Both the position numbers and the translations under genes were made by a program. A stretch of DNA of 32,000 nucleotides, from the NCBI GenBank assembly GCA_018266355.1, contig JAFEAP010000030.1, positions 9,481 through 41,480 on the forward strand, read 5' to 3'. Every line of letters starts with the position of its first letter. Position 1 is the stretch's first letter. The DNA is from Bdellovibrionales bacterium (GTDB lineage: Bacteria; Bdellovibrionota; UBA1018). Shown here piece by piece: positions 8,393 to 17,730 of this stretch. The notes under the pieces were generated by a model, which did no database searches, was not told the origin of the DNA, and worked only from the letters and a program-made list of their open reading frames with translations.

Positions 8393-8734
8393 TTACTTCG
8401 CCATCACCACGTCGCGGAGCATTTCGCGGTGGAAGTTCTTCCGCCGTTTCACGAGGGAATCGAACTTTTCCTCGGTCTTGCGCTGGAAATAGAAGTCGCC
8501 CGGGTTCCGGAGTTCGCCCGTGATCGCGAGGCCCTCGAAATCGACCTCGGTATTCTTCGGCATCACCGTCTTCGGCGGACGCTTCGCGGTTTTCGTCCGC
8601 GCGGCGGGTCTCCGTCCGCCCTGCGTCTCGGCGGCGCTCGCATGCATCGAATAAAGGAGTCCCGCGCCGAAAGAGACGACGCCGATCGTTCCCAAAATCA
8701 TCGCTCGAAGAGTGAGGCTCATTCCGTTCTCCAT
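8393..8734 (-). CDS. Small single-pass membrane/secreted protein, in the position of gltF in Glt G1-type clusters; function unknown
   Basis: 113 aa with real-protein composition. It has an N-terminal hydrophobic segment (LRAMILGTIGVVSFGAGLLY) and a Lys/Arg-rich C-terminus. The start is ambiguous: the ATG at 8734 lies 1 nt after the upstream stop, while the ATG at 8722 has a better GGAG RBS. Confidence 0.5.
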   Translation of the reverse strand: MENGMSLTLRAMILGTIGVVSFGAGLLYSMHASAAETQGGRRPAARTKTAKRPPKTVMPKNTEVDFEGLAITGELRNPGDFYFQRKTEEKFDSLVKRRKNFHREMLRDVVMAK

Positions 8735-8735
8735 G

Positions 8736-11700
8736 CTATTTCTTCCAAGACTTGCAGATTTCGCCGAGGTGTTGGACGGCCTGGCGCTCGAAACCCGACG
8801 TTTCGTCGAGCAGCTTGTTCGTCAGCTTCAGGCACTTGCCCGGATCCGTGCGCGAAATGCGCCCGGCCTGGTGGTAAATCACGCTCGGCCGGTCCGAATC
8901 GCCGCCGGCCTTCGTGGCTTTCGCGAACGTCTTCTCGGCGGAGTCGAAATTCCCCTGCCCTTGTTCCGAGATCGCGATCCCGTCGAGGACGTCCGGCTGC
9001 GGCGCGACCGCCGCGACCTGGTTCCAGTACGGCTTCGCTTTCGTGAAGATCCGGTAATAGTTCAGGACCGCGCCGCGGTTGAACTTCGCGGCGAGAAAGA
9101 GCTCGTCCTTCGCGATCGCCTGCTTGAAGTACTCGTTCGCTTCCGCGATCCGGATCCAGTCTTCCTGGCCGGACCCCGAGGCGATGAGCACGCCGCGGTT
9201 GTTCAGCGCCGCCGCCGCCTTCGGGTTCAGGAGCAGCGCGCGCTCGTAGGCGATCTTCGCCACGAGCGGTTTTCCGTCGCCCCAAAGCAGGTTCCCGTAA
9301 TCGATCCACGCGGTCGGATTCTTCGCGTTGTCGACGAGCGACTGGCGGATCCGTTCGAACGCGTTCCCGCGTCCCTCTTTTCCGCCGTCGGCGGGCTGCC
9401 CGCTCAACCGGAACTTATCGCGGAAACCCTGGGCGCGATTCGGCAGCGAGGCGCCGAAATCCGTGAGTCGATCGGCGATCGACGGCAAGACCGGCGAGAG
9501 GAGCTCGAGCTCGACCGCTTTCTGGTACGCCGTCCGCCAGGTTTCGAGCGCCTTCGCGCGGAGCGGATCGCTCACCGACTTCAGCCCCTTCCGGAATCCG
9601 GCGACCGCTTCCGGTTTCGCGTCCTTCGGAGGTTCGATCTGGTCGACTTCGTCGGCGAAGTTCATGACCCAGTTCGCGAGCCGATCGAGCGCGGCCACGG
9701 CCCAAGGACCCGCGACGGCGACGACCGACTGGTAAGAATCGTTCAGCTTCTTCAAGAAGGCGAGCCGCTCTTCCAGACCGCGCTTGAGCTTGTCGTCCGG
9801 AAGCGAAAGTTTCCGGAACTGGGTATCCCGCTCGAGCGTGGTCGCGAGGTGATAGCGCGCGTAACCGATCCACGGCGAGGAAGAGGCGCCCGAAGTGCGC
9901 CCTTTCCGTCCGCGTCCGGACGCGGATCCCATCGCCGCCACCGCGCGGAACGTACGGTCGGCTTGGGGCACCGTTTCGAGGCGCATGTAAAGGTCGGCGA
10001 GCCGCGCGCCGCACTCGGGCGACGCCGCGTTGCCTTCCTCGAAGCAGAGCTTGAGGTATTTCACCGCCTGCGGTTCGTTCTTCGAGTAGTCGTACCACTC
10101 GGCGAGCGAGAGCGCGATTTGTCCGCGGTTCCCCGCCTTCTTGAACGCCTCGAGGTAGTAGCGGAAATCGGTCGAGGCTTCCGTCAGGTTCCCCGCCCCT
10201 TCGTAGAGTCGGCCGGCGATCTCGACGGAGTCCGGATCGCCCCGGCGCCCGAGGATGCGGAAAAGCGCGCCCGCTTTCTCGAATTGACCCATGATGATCG
10301 CGTTCGTCGCGACGTCACGGAGCGAATCGACGGCGTGCTTCGAATCCTTGTACCGGCCGAGCCAGGCGGCGACCGTCCGCGTGGCCGAGTCGTAGTCCTG
10401 GGCCGAAACGTAGTTCCGAACGGCGCTCTCGAAGGATTTCTCCGCGAGCTCGCGTTTCGGTTCGGTCTTCGCGAATTCTTCGTAGCCCTTCGCGGCCGAG
10501 GCGAAATCCTTCGATTTCTCCTGCCCGGCGATCACGCCGATCTTGATCCGCGCCTCCTCACCGTCGAGGAACGCGGCCAGCGTCCCTTTTTGGAGCTTCT
10601 GGTCGGCGAGGATGATGCCCGGAGTTTTCCGGATCTCGGCGGCGACCTTCAGGAAGTCGTCGGCTTGGGACGAACCCTTGATGTCCTCGACCTTTTTCGG
10701 CAGCCGGTCGGCGTACATCTGGGCCCAGATCCGCGCCGCGGTCAACGTCTGGGGCGCGTCGGGCGCGAGCGCGATGAGTTTTTTGATCCGGCCTTCGGCG
10801 TCGTCCTGGCGTTTCGGATTCCCGGCGAGCGCGACGATGACGTTCAGGCGGGCTTGGAGCCCCTCGGTCTTCGCGCCGAAGTTATCCGCGACGTAGTCGG
10901 AGGCCTCGATGAAGTCCATCTCCAGCTTCTCGTCCAGGGGCTTCGCCCCCTCCGTGCCGGCCGCGTCCTTCTTCTTCGCGATGCTTTCGCCAAGGGACGC
11001 CATCCAGAACGCGGCCGCCTGCTTCGCGTACCGCTCGTCCTTCGACCGGATGACCTGTTTGTAGAGGAAGGCGGCGTCCGCGGGCTTGCCCTGGTCGCGC
11101 TTCACTTCGGCGAGGTACATCTGGATTTCGGGGATTTCCTTCTTCTCGTCCTGCTTCGCGAGGAACTGATTCAGGTAAACCGTGTAGAAATTCTCGGCGA
11201 CCGCGAGCGAATTCTTGTTCTGGGTCTTTCGGTAGTCCTCGTGCGCGTCGACGGCCGTTTTCCGCACGAGCGCGCGGAGGTTCGTCGCCGCGATCCCGGT
11301 ATCGTCGTCGGTGTTCGCCTTCGGGATCTCGATGCCCTGGATGCGCTTGAGCGCGGACGCGTACTGGCTCCGGCGGAGGTCGAGGTCGAAGAGTTTCACG
11401 CGAACGCGGAACGAGGCTTCGTCGTTCGGATTCGTCTTGAGCAGCGATTCGTAGACCTGCACGGCCTTCGCCGTCTCGGCGTTCCGCTCGTACTGGGCGC
11501 CGAGGCGTTCGAGGGTCTTCGCGTAGAAGTCCTTCCCGCCGGCCGCCTGCTTGAAATACGCGAGCGCCTCGTCGACCCGGCCGCTCTCGGTGAGGAAGAT
11601 CGCCATGTCGCGCATGGATTCGTCGCGCAGGCTCAGGAATTTCTCGTCCTTCGACCCTTCCGCGATGGCCCGCTTCATCGTCGAAACGGCCTTGTCGTAT

Positions 11701-12392
11701 TGCTTCATGCGGTAATGCGACCAGGCTTTTTTCTGGAGGAGCCGTGGGAGGGCGGCACCCTGGTAGCGCGGGAGCGCGAGTTCGTAGTTCTTGAGCGCCT
11801 CTTTATAGTCCGCGCGCAGGTAGGCGGATTCCGCGATCGCGCGGTAGGCTTCGCCGACGTAAGGCGATTCAGGAAATTTCTGGGTGAGTTCGCGGAAATA
11901 CTTCACCGAACTCTTCTCTTCCTCGAGCTCGTCGTAATAGACGCCGAGGAAGTAATAGATCTGGTCGAGCTTCGGGTGCTTGATTCCGAGTCGGAGCACC
12001 TCCTCGCATGCGCGGATTCCGAGCCGGAGGTACGGCTTCGAATTCGAGCGGTCGATGAATTTGTCGGCGACGCCGTTCGCGAGGCGGGTCTCGTGGACCT
12101 TCCCCTCGTTCAGGAATTCGCCGCGGTAGGCTTCCAGGTAGGTCTCGGCGAGCCGGACGTAAAGATCGGCCTTCCGGTTCGTCGGCAGCCGACGCCCGAG
12201 CGCCCGCTTCAACTCCGCGATCTCTTGGTTCCGAAGGTCGCGGATCTTGTTCTCGTCGGGCGTACGCACCGAAGCCATCTCGGACGCCGGATACGGCTCC
12301 GCCCGCGCCGCATGCGTCGAAACGACGGTCAGCGAGGCGGCGACGAGGAAAATCGAGAGCGAACGGCGGATCAGGTTCGAGGAATTCGTCAT
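8736..12392 (-). CDS. Large secreted TPR-repeat protein, AgmU/GltD-like (gliding motility complex component)
   Basis: 1218 aa. It has a signal peptide (SLSIFLVAASLTVVSTHAARA-EP). TPR-like helical repeats run throughout (recurrent A..Y/F....Y..A...F pattern). It sits in the gene neighbourhood of the PglI-like and AglT-like genes. The start overlaps the upstream stop as ATGA (12389-12392). Confidence 0.7.
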   Translation of the reverse strand: MTNSSNLIRRSLSIFLVAASLTVVSTHAARAEPYPASEMASVRTPDENKIRDLRNQEIAELKRALGRRLPTNRKADLYVRLAETYLEAYRGEFLNEGKVHETRLANGVADKFIDRSNSKPYLRLGIRACEEVLRLGIKHPKLDQIYYFLGVYYDELEEEKSSVKYFRELTQKFPESPYVGEAYRAIAESAYLRADYKEALKNYELALPRYQGAALPRLLQKKAWSHYRMKQYDKAVSTMKRAIAEGSKDEKFLSLRDESMRDMAIFLTESGRVDEALAYFKQAAGGKDFYAKTLERLGAQYERNAETAKAVQVYESLLKTNPNDEASFRVRVKLFDLDLRRSQYASALKRIQGIEIPKANTDDDTGIAATNLRALVRKTAVDAHEDYRKTQNKNSLAVAENFYTVYLNQFLAKQDEKKEIPEIQMYLAEVKRDQGKPADAAFLYKQVIRSKDERYAKQAAAFWMASLGESIAKKKDAAGTEGAKPLDEKLEMDFIEASDYVADNFGAKTEGLQARLNVIVALAGNPKRQDDAEGRIKKLIALAPDAPQTLTAARIWAQMYADRLPKKVEDIKGSSQADDFLKVAAEIRKTPGIILADQKLQKGTLAAFLDGEEARIKIGVIAGQEKSKDFASAAKGYEEFAKTEPKRELAEKSFESAVRNYVSAQDYDSATRTVAAWLGRYKDSKHAVDSLRDVATNAIIMGQFEKAGALFRILGRRGDPDSVEIAGRLYEGAGNLTEASTDFRYYLEAFKKAGNRGQIALSLAEWYDYSKNEPQAVKYLKLCFEEGNAASPECGARLADLYMRLETVPQADRTFRAVAAMGSASGRGRKGRTSGASSSPWIGYARYHLATTLERDTQFRKLSLPDDKLKRGLEERLAFLKKLNDSYQSVVAVAGPWAVAALDRLANWVMNFADEVDQIEPPKDAKPEAVAGFRKGLKSVSDPLRAKALETWRTAYQKAVELELLSPVLPSIADRLTDFGASLPNRAQGFRDKFRLSGQPADGGKEGRGNAFERIRQSLVDNAKNPTAWIDYGNLLWGDGKPLVAKIAYERALLLNPKAAAALNNRGVLIASGSGQEDWIRIAEANEYFKQAIAKDELFLAAKFNRGAVLNYYRIFTKAKPYWNQVAAVAPQPDVLDGIAISEQGQGNFDSAEKTFAKATKAGGDSDRPSVIYHQAGRISRTDPGKCLKLTNKLLDETSGFERQAVQHLGEICKSWKK

Positions 12393-13951
12393 TTACCGCA
12401 CTCCGATTCGAGACCGAAGACGTAGTCCCCGAGTTCGTCGTTCCAGAACTCCCCGTTGAAGGTCCAGAACATCTGGTTATCCTTCCGCGTCGGACGCACG
12501 ACGCCGCGCGAACGCTCGTCGTCTTCCGCCTTCGCGTGAGTCACCTTGCGGATCAGCTTGTCCTTCGCGCGACCGAGCATCTCGAGGCGGATATAGGAGA
12601 TCTTCTCGAAATCCGCGACGAGGACCGAGTGGTGGTCGATCATCGAGTTCTTCACGTACGCGCCGCCGACCTGGTGGATCGTCTTGCGGCGCCACTTGAG
12701 CACTTCGGTGAGGAAGGAAGAAAAGCCGCCGCCGACGTTCGTCCCCGTCATGCGGGCGAAGGCGGTGATCGCTCCCCGCTCCTTGTCGAGCGAGGCGTCC
12801 TGGGCGGCGAGGTCCGAGAAGTACGGGCCGCGCACGAACCGGTTCGCGAGCCGCTCTACGGGATCGGCGGTGTCGCGTTTATCCTTCAGCGTCCGCGCGC
12901 CGAGTTGGTAGAACGCTTCGAGGTTACCCGCGTTCGACTCGACGAACTTCTTCACTTCGCGGCCGATGTCGGTGTAGCGGGAATTGAAATCGTCGATCGC
13001 CTTCTGGGTGTCGTCGTAAAGGCAGAGCGCGAGATAGGTCTGCGCGCGGAGTACTTCGACTTCGCTGTTGAAGACGAAATCGAGGGCGGGCGCCTTGTAG
13101 GTCACGAGTTTCCCGAGCGTGCGGTTGAACTCGCGTTTCGCGAACGCGTTCCAGGCCTGCTCGAAGAGGATCTCGGGCCAAACGCGGCTCGCCTTCGGGA
13201 TCTTGTCGTAGGCCTTCTCGGCTTCGTCGAACTTCTCGCCCTGGTACCAGGCGCGGGCCTCGTCGGCCGAGCAGCGGGCCTCGAGATCCTTCGATTCGTT
13301 CACCTGGCTGCGGTAGCGCGGGCTCGCGGCGTCGGCTTCCGTCACGACGAGCGGCGAATACTTCTGGCAATCGCGGAAATCGTCGACGGCTTCTTCGACG
13401 CGGCCCTGGATCGTGAGCGCCGTGCCGCGAAGTTCGAGCGAGAACGGATAGAGGCGGCTCGACGCGCTCACCTTGTTCAGGTATTCGAGCGCGCGGTTCA
13501 TGTCGTCCTTCAGGATCGCTGCTTTCGCGAGCGAGAAAAGGTAGGCGCTGCGGTTTACGGCGTCGTAGTCCTCGTACTTCGTGTTCCGGATGAGGTAGTC
13601 GCGAAGGACGTCCGGGCCGACGCGCCCGAGGATCGCCTCGGTCTGGGTGAGCACTCGGCGGATCGCGGCGCGGTCACCGGACTGGAGCGTCTGGATGAAG
13701 AAATAAGTCGCCGAATTCCAGAGACCCGCGTGCGCGAGCGCGAGCGTGACGACGGCGCTCGCGTCCCCTTTCGCGGCCCCGTCTTGGGAGGCGGCGTAGG
13801 CGTAGCGTGCGGCGCTGAAATACTGGCCTTGGTTGTAGAACGTCTTCGCCTGCGTGAGCGCGTCGGCGGCGAACGTCGGCGTCGCCGCGATCGCGAGAAG
13901 GCCCGCGATAAAAGGGGCGAGGAGCGCGGTGAGCGGTCCGCGTTTCGTCAT
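12389..13951 (-). CDS. Secreted TPR-repeat protein, AglT/GltE-like
   Basis: The real start is the ATG at 13951 (MTKRGPLTALLAPFIAGLLAIAATPTFA-AD signal peptide), giving 520 aa. The upstream 100 codons of the tracked ORF (12389..14251) are Arg-rich and overlap the beta-barrel gene out of frame. There is TPR-like repeat content. ATGA overlap with the upstream gene at 13948-13951. Confidence 0.65.
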   Translation of the reverse strand: MTKRGPLTALLAPFIAGLLAIAATPTFAADALTQAKTFYNQGQYFSAARYAYAASQDGAAKGDASAVVTLALAHAGLWNSATYFFIQTLQSGDRAAIRRVLTQTEAILGRVGPDVLRDYLIRNTKYEDYDAVNRSAYLFSLAKAAILKDDMNRALEYLNKVSASSRLYPFSLELRGTALTIQGRVEEAVDDFRDCQKYSPLVVTEADAASPRYRSQVNESKDLEARCSADEARAWYQGEKFDEAEKAYDKIPKASRVWPEILFEQAWNAFAKREFNRTLGKLVTYKAPALDFVFNSEVEVLRAQTYLALCLYDDTQKAIDDFNSRYTDIGREVKKFVESNAGNLEAFYQLGARTLKDKRDTADPVERLANRFVRGPYFSDLAAQDASLDKERGAITAFARMTGTNVGGGFSSFLTEVLKWRRKTIHQVGGAYVKNSMIDHHSVLVADFEKISYIRLEMLGRAKDKLIRKVTHAKAEDDERSRGVVRPTRKDNQMFWTFNGEFWNDELGDYVFGLESECGK

Positions 13952-14670
13952 AGCCGGAACCCCGCTCCGATCGTGAAGTCCGTGCTGTTGAAGAACGTCT
14001 CGTCGCCGGTCACCGCGCGCGCCGGAGCCTTGAACCAAGCGTTCGTGAAGTCGAGGCGCACGAGGAAATTCTCGGTGACGTGGAAGATTTGGCCCGTGCC
14101 GAGGTAGTACGCGGTCAAGCTCTTCGAAGTTTCGGCGAGTCCCGCGCTCGCGGAGCCCGGGATCATGTCGGCCTGCATCGTCCCGATGCCGCCCGAGAAG
14201 TACCAATCGAAATAAAGCACGGTGTTGAAGACGTTGATCTTCGCGTACCACGGCACCCAGTGAAGGAGCGCGCCGACCTGGCTCTTCACCTGGATCACGT
14301 CGGGGCGTACGGAAGTCGACGCAAGCGCCTTCGCGGTGTCGTTTTCCTTGTTCGAGAACATCGAGTAGAACATCTCGATGCCCCAGGATTCATTGAAGTA
14401 ATACGCGATCCGAGGATCGATCACGTAACTCTTCCGGTACGCGTTCGTGTTCGCGAAACCGAAACCGAGCGAGATCATCGGACGGTTCGCCTTCCGGTAT
14501 TTCCGGTTTTGGAGCACCGAAACCTTTTTGTCCGGATCGAGCCAGCTGAAGTTGTATTCGTTATCCGGATCCTCGGCCGCTTCACTCCATGAAGCAGCGA
14601 CGACGCTCAACCACAACGCCGCCATCAGGACCAAGAGGAGCTTTATCACCCAATTTCCATGGCGTTTCAT
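13948..14670 (-). CDS. Outer-membrane beta-barrel protein (small OMP of the type found in myxobacterial/Bdellovibrio gliding clusters)
   Basis: I chose the ATG at 14670 (MKRHGNWVIKLLLVLMAALWLSVVAASWSEA signal peptide) rather than the ORF-track start at 14706. The sequence shows alternating amphipathic beta-strand patterns rich in aromatic/Gly residues and a C-terminal strand FTIGAGFRL. Confidence 0.6.
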   Translation of the reverse strand: MKRHGNWVIKLLLVLMAALWLSVVAASWSEAAEDPDNEYNFSWLDPDKKVSVLQNRKYRKANRPMISLGFGFANTNAYRKSYVIDPRIAYYFNESWGIEMFYSMFSNKENDTAKALASTSVRPDVIQVKSQVGALLHWVPWYAKINVFNTVLYFDWYFSGGIGTMQADMIPGSASAGLAETSKSLTAYYLGTGQIFHVTENFLVRLDFTNAWFKAPARAVTGDETFFNSTDFTIGAGFRL

Positions 14671-14775
14671 GATGTTATTAGAATAACCGCCACCCCGGCG
14701 ACGCACTAATTCTTTTTGTCGCTATCTGGCTTCGGCGAGAGTCGGCTCGGGAATATTTTCGTCAGGGTTTTGACG

Positions 14776-17730
14776 TCACTTCGCCGAAGCGACGAAGCGT
14801 TTTCCTTCCGCGCATCGCTCGAGGTGATCGCACACCTCGCAGAGCGAGTGGGGATGCGGCTCTCCGGGTTTTCCGCGAAGGATCGTCTCCGCGCGCGCGC
14901 GGAATTCGGCGAGGCGATTCGCCTCGAGCGGAACTTCGATCTCCGTCACCTGACCACCCGCGATATGGATCAAGAGCGCGCGAATCCGCCCGCGAGACTC
15001 CGGCACGAGCCCTTCGAGCGCCCAGGCGTAGAGATTCAGCTGGGTTCGGTAAGTTTCGAGGAGCTCCGCCTCGGACTTCTTCCGGGCGGTCACCTTGAAG
15101 TCGAGGATCGTGAAGGAGCCGTCGGGGTCCCGCACGAGCCGGTCGAGCGCGCCGATGAGCGTTGCCGTATTGCCCGCCGATGCGGGAGCCGCCGCCTGAG
15201 CGTCGCCCGACCGAGGAATCGGAATTTCGAAAGCGAGTTCCTTCCAAGCGACGCGCCCGTCGGTTCCCCGCATCCACGGCGACTCGTTCATCCAGGAGAT
15301 CACGGGACCCGCGCGAAAGACGGATTCGCCGAGGAGTTTCTCGAGCTCGACCAAACCGCCCGGCTCCTCGAGCTCGAGCGCGCGGTGGACGCGGGTCCCG
15401 ATCTCGTTCTGGGCGATCTTCGGCCTCTTCGACGGACGCTCCTCGCGCGCGGCCTCGTACGCCACGAACTCGCGCCACTCCTCTTCCTCGGTCGGCGCGA
15501 TCGGACGGATCACCGACCATTCGTACGCGCGCTCGCAACGCGAAAGAAGATTCCACTCCGAGACGGAATGCCGCGGACGGCGCGGTAAAAACGCCGGCGG
15601 CCCGCCGCGCGGATCCGGGCGCGGTTCGCTCGGCGCCGGACCGATCTCCGGCGCGCGCACGGGCGCGGACCGGCGCGGACGATCCTTCAGCGCCGGTTCG
15701 ATCCATCCCCTCCAAAAATCCACCGTCGTGAAGTCCGCGATTTTCTCGCGGTGTTTCGCGATCTCCTCGCGCTTTTTCTCGTCGTCGGTCGTCGGCAGCA
15801 CGAGGAGCAGGCGCTTCTTCGCGCGGGTGAGCGCGACGTAAAGGACGCGCTTCGATTCGGCGAGTTCTTTCTCGACTTCGAGTTTCTTCCACTCGCTTTC
15901 GACGGCGTCCTTCTTCAGACGGTCCCCGTTCTCGTCCTTTCCGGCGAGGTAAGCCCCGCGCTCGCGGTCCCAAAAGAAAAGCGGCGTCCGCGAGGCCCGT
16001 TTCGTCTTTTCGGGAAAATCGAGCAGGATCACGTGGGGAAACTCGAGTCCCTTCGATCCGTGGACGGTCATCACGCGAAGCTGGCCCGCGTTCCGCGGCG
16101 GCGGCACCGCACGTTCGCGCCGATCCTCGTCGCAGGCGGCGAAGATCCGCTCGGCCACGCGCGGGAAGTCGAGTCCCTCTTCGGTGAGCTCCTCCGCGCG
16201 GTGCCAGAGCGCGAGGACCGCGACGCCGAGGTCCTCCTCGACGAGCGGAAGCTCGAGGAGCGAGAGGAGCACCTCGCCCGGACGTACGCGCCCGGGATGG
16301 AGCTTGAGCGGGCGGAGCAACCGCGCCGCCGGATGATTCGAACGGAGGAACGCGTGAAGCATCCCCGGATCCGTCCGGCGCCACTCCTCGATCTCCGTCT
16401 CGGGAATCCCGATCCACGGCGCGCGCAGGAACGCGACGCCCATGATCTCGTTCGCCGGATTCGCCCACCACCGGAGCAGGCACGCGAGTTCGCGCGCGCG
16501 TGGGTCATTCCAAAGGAGTCCCCCGCTCTCGATCGCGAGCGGAACGCCCGCGGCGGTCAGCGCCTTCAGCCATTTCTCGTTCTTCCCGCGGATCGTCCGA
16601 AGGAGAAGCGCCATATCGGCGAGCGGGACACCGCGCGCGACTTCGTTTTGGATCAGCCGCGCGAGCTCTTCCGGAGAACGCACCTCGGCCGATTCGACGG
16701 GGGCAGTATCCGGGTCATCGACGAGTCCCGGCGTGAGCGCCCGGTAATCCATCCCGCTCGTCGCGAAAGCCGGCGCGCAAACCGCGTTCGAAAATTCGAG
16801 GATGCCCGGTACGCTGCGGAAATTCCTCGTGAGCGCGACTTGGACCGGCATGTGGGAGCAGAACTCCTCGAAGACCGAGACGTCGGCGTCCCGGAACCGG
16901 TAGATCGATTGTTTCGGATCCCCGACCACGCAGAGGTTCGCGAGCCCCGGACGCGCGAGGCGCGTGAGGATCCGCGCTTGGACGGGGTTCGTGTCCTGGA
17001 ATTCGTCGACCATAACGAGATCGAAACGTTTCCGGTAATCCGCGGCAACCGGATCGTGCTCGAGGGCGCGCGCGGCGCCGAGTTCGAGGTCATTGAAGTC
17101 GAGCGCTCCCCGCCGGCGCTTTAGCCGGTCGTATCGTTCGAGCGCGTACTCGGCGAGGAGGCGAAGCTCGGGGGCGTTCTCCATGCGGACGAGCACGCCG
17201 TTCGCCTGGAGATCCCTCACCCGCGCGAGGAGGGCGTAGAGTTCGTTCCGCGTTTCGCGTTCGGACAATCGCGCGAAGGCTTCGTCCACGTCGGGCGGCA
17301 GTTCCTCGAAGAAAAGGCCGTCGAGCGCTTGGGCCCAAAGCGACGCCCCTTCGGTCTCCGAGAGCATGATCTCGTCGCCGTCGAAACCGGCTTCGCGCGG
17401 GTATTCCCGGATGATCGCCGAGCAGAAGCCGTGGATCGTCGTCACGACGTGGCTTTGGAGCGGGCGGCCCTGGAGTTCGAGGGTGAGCCGAGTGAGTTTC
17501 GCGCGGAGATCGCTCGCCGATTTCTCGGTGAACGAGACGGCCGCGAAGCGGGCTTCGGGATTCCGGATCAAGAGCTCGCGGACTTTCCGCACGAGCGTGA
17601 AGGTTTTTCCCGAGCCCGCGCCCGCGAGCACGGCGATCCCCTGCCCCCAGGACTCGACGACTTCCCTCTGCTCGGCCGTGAGATCGCCGGCGGTTTTATC
17701 GTTCGGGTCCTCGCGACGTTCTTCAGTCAT
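14776..17730 (-). CDS. addA: AddA-type ATP-dependent helicase/nuclease: UvrD/PcrA-like SF1 helicase fused to a C-terminal PD-(D/E)XK (Cas4-like, 4-Cys) nuclease
   Basis: 984 aa. The SF1 motifs are readable: Walker A LAGAGSGKT, motif II VMVDEFQDTNPVQ, motif III VGDPKQSIYRFRDAD, LTRNFRS, TVHGSKGLEFPHVIL, and LYVALTRAKKRLLL. The C-terminal nuclease has LDFKVT...QLNLYAWAL and Cys residues at SRCERAY and CEVCDHLERC. Confidence 0.85.
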   Translation of the reverse strand: MTEERREDPNDKTAGDLTAEQREVVESWGQGIAVLAGAGSGKTFTLVRKVRELLIRNPEARFAAVSFTEKSASDLRAKLTRLTLELQGRPLQSHVVTTIHGFCSAIIREYPREAGFDGDEIMLSETEGASLWAQALDGLFFEELPPDVDEAFARLSERETRNELYALLARVRDLQANGVLVRMENAPELRLLAEYALERYDRLKRRRGALDFNDLELGAARALEHDPVAADYRKRFDLVMVDEFQDTNPVQARILTRLARPGLANLCVVGDPKQSIYRFRDADVSVFEEFCSHMPVQVALTRNFRSVPGILEFSNAVCAPAFATSGMDYRALTPGLVDDPDTAPVESAEVRSPEELARLIQNEVARGVPLADMALLLRTIRGKNEKWLKALTAAGVPLAIESGGLLWNDPRARELACLLRWWANPANEIMGVAFLRAPWIGIPETEIEEWRRTDPGMLHAFLRSNHPAARLLRPLKLHPGRVRPGEVLLSLLELPLVEEDLGVAVLALWHRAEELTEEGLDFPRVAERIFAACDEDRRERAVPPPRNAGQLRVMTVHGSKGLEFPHVILLDFPEKTKRASRTPLFFWDRERGAYLAGKDENGDRLKKDAVESEWKKLEVEKELAESKRVLYVALTRAKKRLLLVLPTTDDEKKREEIAKHREKIADFTTVDFWRGWIEPALKDRPRRSAPVRAPEIGPAPSEPRPDPRGGPPAFLPRRPRHSVSEWNLLSRCERAYEWSVIRPIAPTEEEEWREFVAYEAAREERPSKRPKIAQNEIGTRVHRALELEEPGGLVELEKLLGESVFRAGPVISWMNESPWMRGTDGRVAWKELAFEIPIPRSGDAQAAAPASAGNTATLIGALDRLVRDPDGSFTILDFKVTARKKSEAELLETYRTQLNLYAWALEGLVPESRGRIRALLIHIAGGQVTEIEVPLEANRLAEFRARAETILRGKPGEPHPHSLCEVCDHLERCAEGKRFVASAK

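Noticed and set aside
6064-8523. 819-aa plus-strand ORF antisense to the FHA/PglI-like gene, plus smaller ORFs at 6611..6823 and 6896..7345
   Set aside because: The translation is Arg-rich and low-complexity. The opposite strand encodes a protein with FHA, TM, TonB-like linker and AgmX/PglI tail domains.
8712-12425. 1237-aa plus-strand ORF, the longest ORF in the window
   Set aside because: It is the mirror image of the 1218-aa TPR gene. It contains about one Arg/Glu/Asp/Leu/Val-only repeat-like composition, with no signal peptide or motif. The minus-strand product has a signal peptide and TPR periodicity.
12536-14107. 523-aa plus-strand ORF antisense to the AglT-like gene
   Set aside because: It has the same shadow composition, and the minus-strand frame is supported by the signal peptide and ATGA coupling.
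13952-14251. N-terminal extensions of tracked ORFs (12389..14251; likewise 20538..21629, 30855..31838, 13948..14706, 24444.., 26451..)
   Set aside because: The extensions are Arg-rich, overlap the upstream gene out of frame, and precede obvious signal peptides or conserved N-termini. Internal starts with an RBS and/or ATGA coupling fit better.
14762-16483. 573-aa minus-strand ORF and the 15751..17124 / 15162..15731 plus-strand ORFs inside addA
   Set aside because: These are out-of-frame or antisense Arg/Gly/Pro-rich translations. The addA frame carries all the SF1 helicase motifs.
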